Positions 14,398 through 26,446 of a stretch of DNA of 64,000 bases are shown in pieces. The stretch's first letter is position 1; the number at the start of each line of letters is the position of its first letter. Under the pieces are notes generated by a model. It worked only from the letters and a program-made list of their open reading frames with translations, ran no database searches and was not told the DNA's origin. The stretch is from Hypanus sabinus (taxonomy: Eukaryota), in the NCBI RefSeq assembly GCF_030144855.1, contig NC_082706.1, positions 106,268,001 through 106,332,000 on the forward strand, in the 5' to 3' direction. A program made the translations under genes and the position numbers.

Positions 14398-14822
14398 ATG
14401 TGGCAGGGTGCCTGGTTCGTGGTGCTGTTTTTCAGCTGTGCGTTACCAACATCCCTTCAAGTTTCATTGCTCCTTCCCGCCGCGCAGATTCTTTTACCGT
14501 TTTCTGCTCTTTTTGCAGGTGGAAGTGTGGCTCTTACCCTGATCCAGCCCAAACCATCGATTACAGCACCTGTTGGGGAAAGCGTGCGCGTACGGTGTCA
14601 AGTGAATGGAGGCTCGGTTAGCAACAGTAATCCCCTTCACTGGTACCAACAGAAACCCGGCAAGCCGCTCGAAAGGATACTCCACTATGGAGATAGCGTA
14701 ACGCGGGATTCGGGATTCGGGACATCCTTCAGCGCGGCAAAAATTACAGATTCCAATCTCTATCTGTCAATCAAAGTTAACGCTGACAGCGCTGCCACCT
14801 ATTACTGCGCCTACTGGGTTTA
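14398..14822 (+). CDS. TRGV: TCR gamma-type V segment, family V1 copy a (leader exon 14398-14437, intron 14438-14518, V exon 14519-14822); open, apparently functional
   Basis: Hydrophobic leader MWQGAWFVVLFFS, then a phase-1 intron (GTGCGT...ttttgcAG). The Ig V domain has Cys (VRVRC), Trp (LHWYQQKPG) and YYCAYWV, directly followed by an RSS. A YYCAxW end with a 23-type RSS is the TRGV pattern; class assignment is by motif, not by database search. Confidence 0.88.
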
Positions 14823-14860
14823 CACAGTATGTAATAGATAACAAACTCAACACAAAAACC
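14823..14860 (+). other. Recombination signal sequence (23-type, 22-nt spacer) of V1a
   Basis: CACAGTA (14823-14829) + 22 nt + ACAAAAACC (14852-14860). Confidence 0.95.
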
Positions 14861-16049
14861 TCGACGAGCAGCCAGTCAAACGGAGCCGCTGATCCGGAGG
14901 CTGCAGCGACCCCCCTCTGCTAGGCTTGCGTTTACTCCTATCTGCCGGGCAGGATGTTGGGGTCTGCGCAAGAGGCAGGGACAAAGGGGTTCTGTCACCA
15001 GAAAGACGCAGCGTGGCCTGGAAGCTGTTGTGGCAGGGGGGTTTTGGAGGAAACCAGACCAGCCGGAGGAATAGGAGAAAGTCCAAACTCGTTAAGGCAG
15101 GGGTGGGAATTGAACCCCGTGCTACCATAACGCCCCACTTTTGGGTGGGGCATGTTATTTGAAAAAAATGTCTCAGATCCATTTACCCATGGCATAACAT
15201 ATATGATATGTCTATCGGAACAGTAGCTATAGCTGCCTTAATCTTTCTTGGTGATAGACTGTGATTTGGGAGGTGCTGTCAGATAAACCTGGGTAGGTAA
15301 TTGCAGTGCAATAGTAGCCTGGATGTTTACAAATATTCAGTGTAGCTGGTCACAAGAATAAATATTCTGGGCAGTTGGTTGTTCTTAGTGAAAGGAGCAG
15401 ATTTATTCAGGATGGCGTTCAGCTTCTTAATGTTCCTTGAGATAAATTCCTGCACCTAAATGTTTCGACATAACACCCCTAATTTCATTTACAGATAATG
15501 GGAAGGCTTTGAAATATCAGAAAGTGTGTATGCTCCAGGATACCAGCCATATTCGAAGTTCAAAGTTCAGAGTAAACTTTATTATCGAAGTGCACACATG
15601 TCACCATATTTAGACTGAGATTCACTTTCTGCGGGCATACTTGTTGTCCCACTGTTTGTGTGGCTGGTCCGATTGTATTTCTGGTCGATGAACATCAAGG
15701 ATTGGTAATTGGAAACACTTGTCAGGCATTTTCATTACCTGTACACGTGTGGCAAGTTTGTAAATTTATTGGTGATGTATCTGAAAATATACAGGTCGGG
15801 GAAGAGGCCTCAAACCACGCTCCTTTTTCCAAGTTATTACTCCAGCCCTTGGAGCGAACCCCACTTAATGCCCATTGACTTGAATTTTTGTCAGGGGTAC
15901 TGTGAGCTACAGTACACCAAATACTGTCCTGTTATCAAATCCTCTCGCCTCATCCCTGGAACTCAGTTCTCTGGTCCCAGTTTTGTGCTGTAAATAGCCA
16001 GATCAGATTTGCTCGGCTTTAAAAGAACAGGACATCACTAGGCAATTTT

Positions 16050-16345
16050 ATTTCTTTATTTAGCGATACATTGCAGATTAGGCCCTTCCGGACTTCAGGT
16101 CACCCCTACCCAGCAACCCCCGACAACCTCGATGAAGCCTAACCTAATCACAATTTACAATGATCAGCTAACCTGCCCGGTTCGTCTTTGGACAGTGAGA
16201 GGAAACCGGAGAACCCTGGGAAAACCCAGACATTCCACAGAGAGGAACCACAGAGACTCCTTACAGATAGCGCCAGAACTGAACTCCAAACTCCGACGCG
16301 CCTGAGCTGCAATAGCGTCGTGCTAACCGCTACGTTCTCGTGGCA
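16050..16345 (-). mobile_element. tRNA-derived V-SINE (HE1-like); other copies at 37785-38075(+), 38990-39880(+, split by an LTR) and 60280-60475(+)
   Basis: Core ggtttcctc..gtccaaagac..aggtta..tgtaaattg and 3' gaagggcct..aataaa. Confidence 0.7.
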
Positions 16346-17398
16346 CATATTGATCCCCCAATGGGTCAATGCTGTAACTATATGAAAGCAGTTCGAGTAA
16401 AGACAGTCAGGATATTGACTTATCTCAAAGCGTTTGCTGAATACAGTTATCTCGATCAGTTAGTAATGCCACGTGAAGAAATTCAAAACCGCATTCTTTT
16501 GCAACCTGTACGATGCCCATGACAGTGCGGCAGGTTCTTGCAATGTTCATGATGAGTGCACTCCAGCATGCATTCCAGGTCAACTTGGTCCACATTTCCT
16601 GCGGTATGTGAATCATATTGCTCCGGTGCCAATTGGGGAAGTGTCTAGTCAACTTACGTTACTTACAGTCAAACGCCAGGTTCCTCTATCACAATGTGTG
16701 TGTACCTCATACCTCACAGACGCAGTTAGCATAGAATGGTGTAACTATGAGTGTCCTCCACGTTGGCTCCAGGTCCCACATGTCTCCACGTCTGAGGTCA
16801 AACTGTCGAGGAAACACTTTCCTGATTGCCAGCTACCATCGCCCATTGGCTGATAAAGCGCTGGTTCTCCATGTTGTACAACTCTGGAGGACTTGCCGAG
16901 AATAGGAAGAGCACGAAAAGTTCTCTCGGTGAGGACATCTGTTGTTATAGAACAGAGAACCACACGGCACAGTAGAGGTCCTTCGGCCCATAATTTTGTG
17001 CTGACTCAGTAAATGTGATAAATAAATCTGACACTGAATCGAAAATTGCGTGCAATCCGTACCAAGAGTGAATTGGGACCAAGATGCATATGTCAGCCAG
17101 ACTGCGTGTCGCAAGTAATTCCCGTTTTGAGTAGCGGGTTCAGGATCGGGAGGCTGTGGTTAACGCTCAGCTTCCCGCATCGGGAGATCAGTATCTTTCG
17201 GAGACTGGCAATCCCAGTTCCCCTGTCGCAACAGCTGCCAGGCCACGCTGCGTGTTTCTGGTGACAGAACACCTTTGTCCCTGCCTCTTGCGCAGACCCC
17301 AACATCCTGCCCGGCAGATAGGAGTCAACGCAAGCCTAGCAGAGGGGGGTCGCTGCAGCCTCCGGATCAGCGGCCCCGTTTGACTGGCTGCTCGTCGA

Positions 17399-17436
17399 GG
17401 TTTTTGTGTTGAGTTTGTTATCTATTACATACTGTG
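17399..17436 (-). other. RSS (22-nt spacer) of V1b
   Basis: Minus strand: CACAGTA (17436-17430) + 22 nt + ACAAAAACC (17407-17399). Confidence 0.95.
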
Positions 17437-17862
17437 TAAACCCAGTAGGCGCAGTAATAGGTGGCAGCGCTGTCAGCGTTAACTTCGATTGACAGATGGA
17501 GATTGGAATCTGTAATTTTTGCCGCGCTGAAGGATGTCCCGAATCCCGAATCCCGCGTTACGCTATCTCCATAGTAGAGTATCCTTTCGAGCGGCTTGCC
17601 GGGTTTCTGTTGGTACCAGTGAAGGGGATTACTGTTGCTAACTGAGCCTCCATTCACTTGACACCGTACTCGTATGATTTCCCCAACAGATGCTGTAATC
17701 GATGGTTTGGGCTGGATCAGGGTAAGAGCCACACTTCCACCTGCAAAAAGAGCAGAAAAACGGTAAAAGAATCTGCGCGGCGGGAAGGAGCAATAAAAGT
17801 TGAAGAGGAGTTGGTAACGCACAGCTGAAAAGCAGCACCAGTAACCAGGCACCCTGCCTCAT
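17437..17862 (-). CDS. TRGV: TCR gamma-type V segment, family V1 copy b (leader 17823-17862, intron 17741-17822, V exon 17437-17740); open
   Basis: Leader MRQGAWLLVLLFS; 82-nt GT-AG phase-1 intron; V exon GSVALTLIQPKPSITASVGEIIRVRC...LHWYQQKPG...YYCAYWV with no stops. Confidence 0.88.
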
Positions 17863-20800
17863 GCTTATTGCGCCGGATCAGTGTTTGGAATCTGAGAGGA
17901 AGCGCAGTTTATCAGCTTTTGTTGTCGGGGCTGAACCCGCCTCAGCTCCTACCACGGCCCGTGTCCAAATCACTTCTTTATATGAGACTAGTAGCGCCGC
18001 CTTTCTTAGGGGAAGGGTGTCAGGGGCGGGGCATGCCCCGGTGTATGTTGTCCCTTCATAATTTGGAGAAGTTTACTTGAATATCCCACAATGCCACTCG
18101 GCCCCTCGGACCCGTTTCCATAATTTGCTTTCAATTAAAACTCCAGAACATTCCAGAATATTATGGAAACTCTCAGCAATCCGGGCAACATTAGTGCAGC
18201 GACGCAGATCCCAATCTCGTTCCACCTCCTCGACCCTCACTGTCAGCAAGACCTTCTGTCTCTTGTCGAAACTCCTCAATGTGAATCCCTCAACTTTCTC
18301 TTTTGCGTGGTCACTGGATCCCGAACGCCCCCTTCAAGTCAATGTTTGTTCAGCTCAGCGCCCTGTTGGTGAATCAGAATGAGAATCAGGCTTATTACCA
18401 CTGACGGAAGTCGCGAAATGTGTTGCTTTGCGACAGTAGTACAGTGCAAGACAGAAACATTAGTATCAGTAACCAAATTAATAAATGAAAAGAAAACGAT
18501 TGTTTTCATGGGCCCTTCTGAAATCTGATGGCGGAGGGGAATAAACGGTCGTTACAACGTTGAGTGTTGGTCTTTAGACTCGTATGTTGTCCCGGATGGT
18601 GAGGGTCTTTAATAATGGATGCTGCCTTCTTGAAGCACTGCCTCTTGAAAAGTCCGCGATGGCGGAGATGGTTTTGCCGTGAAGGAGCTGGTTGAGTCTC
18701 CAACTCTCTACAACCTCTTGCATTACAGGATCTATATAAGCTGAATATTCTCCGTGGTATATCTGTAAAACTATTGCAGGAGTCTCTGCTGACACACCAA
18801 ATCTCAAACTCCGAAAGAAGTAGTGACGCCTGCGGTTTCACCATGTCACTCAGTAGTACAGAGTGCGGAACGCATTCGGTTTGGAGGAGTTCTCTCTAAC
18901 ATGTCCCTGATAGAATGCTTGCGTTTCCCCTCGCCCTGTTTCACCCTCTCCGCTGATTTCCTACCTCTGCACCATTGCTGTCAATGATCCCTCACAATGT
19001 CCACAGAGTTGCCAGAAATCTCCCTGATGGAATGCGGACCCGCGCCCAGACAACGTTTCCATCCACTTCAAATATCTCGTTTATTGATATCACGATTTCT
19101 CACAGCCCAGACGACAAAATTTCAATAAAACGGAAATGGGAGTCGTTTACAACTTCTGGCAGGGAGAAGCGATTCTTTGGAATCTCAATGTATTTCTGGA
19201 CCCTGGGCCATTGAAGGTTGATAGTTACTTGTCTGAAATTTCCACCTGAAACAATAAATTTGCTTCCCTCCCATTGGCCGTTAGAAGTTTGGACGAGTAG
19301 GGCTGAACGGTTTGTATCAGTGCAGTATGACGGATGTTCGAATCAGACAACTGAGAGCCATGATGGTCTCATATGGAGGAGATGCTGAGGCCTGGGGCAT
19401 GTTAGTAATGATCATATTGAATGTTGGGGCAGGACTGCGGGCCTGGATACCACATCCTTCTCCTCTTCCGATCCCATTTCTTGTGTCCTGGTGTGTCGAG
19501 GAAATCTGGAGAAGTGAATATAAGTGCCTGTGCATTTAAACCTTTAGCCATTGAATAACTTCCAAACCAGTGATTTTTTTCCGTTTACGTTTCCTAATCT
19601 ATTGTCCTGACAACTTCCTGGTAATTTTTCTCTGCATTGATTCAAATTTATTACATCTTTCCTGTCGGTAGCTGACCAAAACCGAACACAATACTCCAAA
19701 TTTGGCTTCACCAACATCTTATACGGCATCAACTTAATATCCCAAGTCCTGCACTTCATACTTTGATTCATGAAGGCCAATGTACCAAATGTTTTCGTTA
19801 TAGTCCTAAGTACCTCTGACGCCACTCTCAATGAATTATGGACCTGTATTCCCAAATCCCTTTGTCTACAACACTCCTCAGTGCCCCTGCATTTCTGCAC
19901 CTGCCTCCCACTGGGTTCAAAGGAACACTTTGTCAGGCTCTGGGGATTTATCCACCCTAATTTGCCTCAAGACAGCAAGGACCTCCACCTCTGTCATCTG
20001 TATAGGGTCCATGACCTCGTCGCTGCTTTGCCTGACTTCTAAGACTCTGTGTCCATCTCCTCCATAAATAAAGATGTGAACAGAAAATCTGCTTAAGGTC
20101 TCCTCCATCTCTTTTGGCTCCACTCATAGATTTCCATTCTGATCTTCCAGAGGACCAATTTTCTCCCTTGCAATCCTTTTGCTCTTAACGTATCTTGTAG
20201 AATCCTTAAGGATACTCCTTCAGCTTGTCTGCTAAGGCAACCTCTTGCCTACTTTTAACTTTCCTGTTTATTTCTCAAGTACTCTCTTGCATTTCTTATA
20301 CTCCATAAGTATCTAATCTGTTCCTACCTACAATGCATCTCCTTTAATTCTTAACCAGGGCACCCATACCTCTTGAAAGACAAAGTTTCCTACATTTGTT
20401 ATTTTTACCTTTTATACTGAAGGGCACATATGAGCTTTGTAATCTTAGAATTTCACTTCTGGAGGCCGCCGACTTAACTGCCCCAATTCATAGCAGCCAG
20501 ATCCTTTCTGCTACCATCAAAATTAGCCTTTCTGCAATTCAGAATCTCAACCTACGGTTTAGACCTATCCTTTTGCATACTTTCTTGAAATGAATGACAT
20601 TGTGATCACCATGTCAAGTGTTCCCCAACACAAACTTCTGTCACCTGCCCTGTGTCATTCCCAAAAAGAAGATTAAGTACTACACAATCTTTCATTGGGA
20701 CTTCTATGTACTGATTCAGAAACTTTCCTGAGCACATTTGGGAAATTCTATCCCGTCCTTTTAGAGTATGGGAACCCCAGTTGAATAGTGGAAAGTTAAA

Positions 20801-23800
20801 GTCACCTACAATTTATGTTTCTTGCATCAGTCTGTAATCTCTCTTTTTAGGTGGTCTGTAATATAGCCCTATTAACATGCTCAAACCTTCCTTGTTCCTC
20901 AGTCCCATCCATAAAGCCTCACCTGACAAGTTCTCCCGTCTGCCCCTGACTGAGCACAGCTGTGTGATTTCCGTTTCCAGTAACACCACCCCTCCTCCTT
21001 TAATCCCTCCTGCTCTGCTGCATCTAAAACAACAGGAACTGGAATATTGAGCTGCCAGTCCAGCCTCTCCTCCAACCAAGTCTCACTAATGGCTACTATA
21101 TCATGATTCCATGCGTTGATCCATGTTCTGAACTCATCAGCCTTTCCTATAGTATTTCTTCCATTGAACTATATGCAGCTCAGAACATTAGCTACACCAT
21201 GCCCAACCTTTTGATTCCTGAAATTGTCTGAGATCTTAACAACATCCGTCTCCACAAGCTCTCCACTATCTGTTCTGGTACTCTGGTTTCCATTCCCCTG
21301 AAATTCTAGATTAAACACATACACCCCTCCACCCACTCCCCCAACATGCAACCTTCCTGGGAGGGTATTAATCTCTTCAGTACAAATCCCACATTCCCTG
21401 GAAGACAGCCCAACGAGCCAAATTCTGACACCCTGCCAACTACACTAAGTCATTAGCCATGTGTTAAACTGTGTTATCTTTCTATTCCTAGCCTCACTAA
21501 CACATGTGGCATGGGTAGCAATCCTGAGATTACATCCCTCGAGGTCCTGTCCTTTAACTTCGCACCCATTGCCCTGAAATACCTTTCCAGAACCTCTTCA
21601 ATCTTCCTACTTATGTCATTGGTATCCCTATGGACCACAGCCTCTCGCTGCTCGCCCTCCCGTTTAAGAATGCTGAGGACCCAATTTGAGATGTCGCAGA
21701 CCTTGGCACCCAGGATGCAACATAGTACATGTGAATATTGTTCTCATCTACAGAACTTCCTTTCTTTTCCCTGAACAAATAAATCCCCTATCATCACAGT
21801 TCCAGCTCCAACTCCTTGATGCAGAGTGTTCCGTGGTGCTGCTGGATGCACTTCTCACTGGTGAAGTCATCAGAGACAGTGGAGGTCTCCCTGCCTTTAC
21901 AGGTCCCGCAAGAGGAGCATTCAACCATCCCACATGAGAGGCAAGGCTAACTTTCTGGTTCAATGTACTTACATCAGCTTTTCTATTGCTTTATTAAAAA
22001 ATATAATTATATTCATGAAATCCAATTTGCATTTTACAAGTCCATGCTTGCTCTCCTGAGTTATCCTCTCTAAAAGCCTGTTGATTTACTTCATTAACGA
22101 TTTCAAAATTTTACTGATGTTCCTATCAGATTGATTGGTCAATGGTTTCTCGGAATATGCATCCACTTTTTCCTAAACAGAGCTGTCATGTTCCTCTGGC
22201 CCCCTTATCCTGGGGAAATGGAAGATGATCACAACTCTCTGTATTGTCTGACCCAACTTTCCTCAGTAATTCTGGATGGAAGCCATCTGGACCAGGTGTC
22301 TTATCCACTTCCAGCATTCCCTGCCTTTCCAAAATGCCCTTCCAATAAATATTCCCCCAGCCCATTGCTCCTGCTGTCCTGACTTAAACCAGTGTGTGTC
22401 AGCATCTTTTCTCTTAGTAAGCACCTCTATGAAATGAGGACCACAAGAAATTCTGTGTAGGCTGAAAATCCAAAGCAACACACACAAAATGCTGCAGGTA
22501 GACAGCAGGTCAGGCAGCATCTGTGCAAATGAATAAACAGTCAATATTTTGAGTCAACACCCTTCTTCAGGACTGCAAAGGAAGGAGGAAGATGCCACAA
22601 TTTAAAGGTGAAGGTGCGGGGTGCTGGAAGACGGATTGCTAGAAGGTGATAGGTGAATTCAGGTGGGTGGGAAAGATAAAGTCTGGAGAGGAAGGAAGGT
22701 GAGAGAGAAGACAAAGGGGCACCAGGGATAGGTGATAGGTAGGTCAGGAGAAGAGAATAAGTAAAGGGGAGACAGAGTGGTGACGTGATGACATTGTGAA
22801 GTAAAGGCTCTTTACTTGGAAAACCTCAAGATGCCTTCACCTATCATCTTCGAGCTATCCTTCTTCCCCTGTGTTGGATGAATAATTGGCTTGACTCAAG
22901 TGTTGGTCGCAGCTCCCCTTCTGTGCCAATTCCCAATAACTCACAATTTCTTGATCTTTGAAATATGTATCTATCTATAACTTAATTACTTCTGTTGTTG
23001 ATACTGAGAATCAAAGCTTAAGGGTCGAATTGAAAGCCTGGAGTCAAAGCCCATTAGCTGGAGTCCTGAATATGTAAATCTCTGGGCGATCACTTGGGTC
23101 AAAGGCCCGATGTCTATGCATCCGAATCTGATTCTGAGTCTTCTGGAGACTGGAGGCTGAAGAATATGGAGAGTCCTGGAATTCAAAGAATGTATATACA
23201 TGGTGGGAGGGAGGAATGAAGCTTGGTTGCTGTTGTGGATTTGTTGCTTGTTGTGTTCTGTTTTGCTGTGTTCTGCTGAGCATTGTGGACATGCTACATT
23301 GGTAACGGCTTGTGTGGTAACACTTGTGGGCTGTCCCCAGCACTGAAACTGTCTCAATATCTATCCCACTTTATATGCTTCAATAAGGTTACTCCAGCTT
23401 TTTTCAAACTCTAAGGAATACACACACAAAATACTTGGCTCTTGAAAAGACAATACTCTCATCTCATGAATGTTGAAACCCCTCTGGATCACCTTCAATG
23501 TGAATATATCCTTTTAAGGTAAGGGGGCAAAACAATGGATAGTATTCCAGGCCCTGGACAACTGCCACAAGACCTCTCTTCTAAGATGTAATTTGCTTTT
23601 TTGACTGTCTGATAACATTCTGCAATATGACTGCTTCATAATGTTTTGCAGTACATGAACATAAACATCTCAGTCCCTCTGTACTTCACTCGTTTGCAGT
23701 ATCTCTCTATTTAGACAATAATCTATTTTTGATTGCTCGGAATGAAGCTCATGATCTTATTCTCTCCACATTCATTTGCCATAGTTTTCCCCCTCACTTA

Positions 23801-25854
23801 ATGCAGACTGACCAAAACAGAAAGGGTTCAAACCATCCACAGACAAGCACATTTGCTAATGGTTCCTTCCACAAGCTCGCTTCTGGACAGCACTATGGGG
23901 CTAAACAACAAACACTTCACATCATCTTAAAAGTTTCTTCACCCAGGCTGTTAATCGGATCAACTGTTGCACTTAACCAATCATTGCACTGTAGACACTG
24001 TAAACCATTTTTCTAATGATGCTTACATCGTAAATGCATGTTGGTATGTACACAATGTATCTGGGCACAGTTTATTCCATATCCGTCCTTTAACTTCTAA
24101 CTTAATTTTTTATAATTATTAAATTGTGTTGTTTTGTGTTGCATGTTGTACCCCGACCAACACAACGCAGTAAATTCTTAATACATGTAAATGTATACGG
24201 TGAATAAAGTTAATCCTTGGTCCTAGATTGTTCTTAATTTCCTCATGTCTTGTCTCTGCTTCTGATAATACCCTTGGTATTAGCAAGTCAGCATCCTCCC
24301 TAAAACATTGCTGCTTCAGCTCAGACTAACAGAAATCACATTCCGAAGTTTCTTTTTCCAAAATGTTATAAAATCCAGTAGTAAGTGAACTAAAAACTAA
24401 CGTAAGTTGTTTTTTTAAGAATTCTTCCTAGCATTTTCCCAAACTATTTATTTTTCTATGCTAGATTATAGAGAAAATTACTCAGATACTGAGCACTTTG
24501 CAACAACCATGTGATAATTTTAATATCATTAAATCAATTAGCATTCACATTCAGATTCATTTATTTATCATTTGTACAACAGAACACACAGTTGTTGCAA
24601 GGGAGAGACTGGGGAAGAACCCTTGTGCAGGACACAGGCACGGAGGCAGGGTCGAGAGGCGCTAGAACAGTAGCAAACGTGGAACAGGTAACCAGGGGAA
24701 TCTTGGAGATAAGGTTTACGTAGAATATCCAGGGAATGGACCGAAGATTAGAACTAACAGTCTTAAGGGATCAGGAAACGAGGTTTACACACACTAGAGT
24801 CGACCAATGAACTGGCGACCCATGGTTGTGACGTCAGAGTTCTTATCCTATATTCTCTAATGGGAAACACCATCAGCCTGCAGCAATTACTTACTTAATG
24901 ATGTGGGGCAGGGGAAGGAAGGGGGGAGTCAAAAGCTACACTGATAGAGGTAGGGAGTAGAGTCAGCGAATGTTGGGGTCATGGGACTTTCTGCCAGGGA
25001 ATCATAGAGGAAATCTAAAGACATGAAGTCAGTGAAAGATGAAAGTGATGGAAATGCACTGAGTTGGTGGTGTTGAGTCAGAGTTAAGAGTGAATTAGTA
25101 GAAACGCTGAATTTAAAATTGATGGAACCATGAAATGCTTCCAGACAGTTGAGGGGGAGTAGATTACAACCTGAGACCCCATGGTGCTTACTTTTAGACA
25201 TTAAATGCTTCTGGTCTGTGCTGAATAAGGTTTATACTTGTTAAAGAAACTTCCGAATGAAGTAAAAATTGCAAATAGTGATTGATATAGGACAGTTCTA
25301 GAAAAGAAACATTGAAACAATGATGGGATGTTTGGAGAGGACTGGGATTTATCCCGAGAGTGCTAGAGGCTTTGAGATTTAGAGGTATATAAAATCAGCT
25401 GGGGCACACGTATAGCGAAGGGTCACTATGAATGACGTTTCCGTGCTAGATAACACTGTGAAAGGCGAGCAGGTAGGATAAATGCAGGAGGGAAAATAGT
25501 CTGAAAGACTTGTTTACGTATTGTACAGCTTCTTAGCCCTAGATCAGAGCAGGGATAATTGGATTAGAGGTGTAGTTCATTGAGATCACGCGACCAGGTT
25601 TTCTGTGAGCATTAGTAGGTACTTATGCTCTTGGCTCGTATTCATTCATGCAATTTTGATCCACGTTAATAGTCCATCGCAAATTTATCGAACCAGCTTT
25701 GTTCAACGAAGCTATAAAGTGAAATGCAAATTGCACCGCGGTTAAAAACAGCGAAGAGAATTCGTTAAACACGGGTGTTCGCGAAGATCGTGAGAGACAA
25801 CACCTGTTACTTGGTCTCCAATCGGTGAATACGTTATGCACATGGTACCCGTTG

Positions 25855-25893
25855 GGTTTATGTACTGGCTTCCCTTCGCATTTCATCACTGTG
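25855..25893 (-). other. RSS (23-nt spacer) of V2a
   Basis: Minus strand: CACAGTG (25893-25887) + 23 nt + ACATAAACC (25863-25855). Confidence 0.95.
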
Positions 25894-26338
25894 TAGCCAG
25901 TAAGCGCAGTAGTAGGTGCCAGCATCATCCTCGCGGATATTCATCAAGAGCAGAACGCACGATTGAGTCTCAGGTACTTTGCTCGCAATTAATCGTTCGT
26001 CAGACACATCCTTCTGAGAGTCGGGTGAATTCTTAAAATACAATAGCCGCTGCAGGCCTTCACCGGGCCTCTCCCGGTACCAATGTATAATAGCTACCGC
26101 AAAGTCGATTTGTTGAACATCACAGTGAAAGTGAACAGGTTTTGTCGGAGCCCTGGTGATCGATAATTGAGCCTGTGTCAATATCTGAAGCGACACTTTA
26201 CCTGTGGGAGAAAATAATACAATGTGATTGCATTATTCCACAGTGTGGCGATGAAGACCGAAGGACAACAGGGATTAAAATGCAGAAACACTGACCGAGA
26301 AAGGAGGTCAATAAAATGCCGGTCAGAAACACCTTCAT
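25894..26338 (-). CDS. TRGV: TCR gamma V segment, family V2 copy a (leader 26296-26338, intron 26202-26295, V exon 25894-26201); open
   Basis: Leader MKVFLTGILLTSFL; 94-nt phase-1 intron; V exon GKVSLQILTQAQLSITRAPTKPVHFHC...IHWYRERPGEGLQRLLYF...EDDAGTYYCAYWL. QLSITR and YYCAYW are typical of V-gamma. Confidence 0.9.
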
Positions 26339-26438
26339 GTTGGGGAGATAGAGCGTCGCGTTTATCCGGATGACTGAGATCCCGCCGACCGCTTCACTCC
26401 TTTTTGTTGCCGGAAACTGCGGATTCCTTCTGGCTCTG

Positions 26439-26446
26439 TGACGTCA
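26439..26446. promoter_or_regulatory. Perfect CRE palindrome ~100 bp upstream of the V2a ATG
   Basis: TGACGTCA, conserved in both V2 copies; CRE-like elements are established features of TCR V promoters. Confidence 0.6.

Larger units (their letters stand above)
7225..15040 (+). repeat. Segmental duplication unit A (V1a with upstream flank); inverted counterpart ~17221-24210
   Basis: Colinear matches read by eye, e.g. 7840-7945 vs revcomp 23470-23600, 7950-9200 vs revcomp 21960-23220, and the V1 gene with its flank. Confidence 0.8.
15041..23350 (-). repeat. Segmental duplication unit B (V1b); inverted copy of unit C (31649-39090)
   Basis: Continuous reverse-complement similarity; mirrored ORF pairs such as 16473-16853/37293-37664 and 18077-18382/35769-36074. 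Confidence 0.9.

Noticed and set aside
14438-14518. Stop-free, in-frame 81-nt leader intron in V1a and V1c (the ORF track reads straight through), suggesting a functional intron-retained isoform
   Set aside because: The intron is 82 nt in V1b and 79 nt in V1d, so frame is not conserved; read-through looks incidental.
16473-17006. ORF with C-x13-W spacing (GEVSSQLTL...DAVSIEW) followed by CACAGTA at 16968, mirrored at 37293-37664
   Set aside because: No leader or acceptor, no YYC and no nonamer at 12 or 23 nt. The CACAGTA lies in a CR1 3'-tail motif (agaac..gcacagta.aggtccttcggccca).
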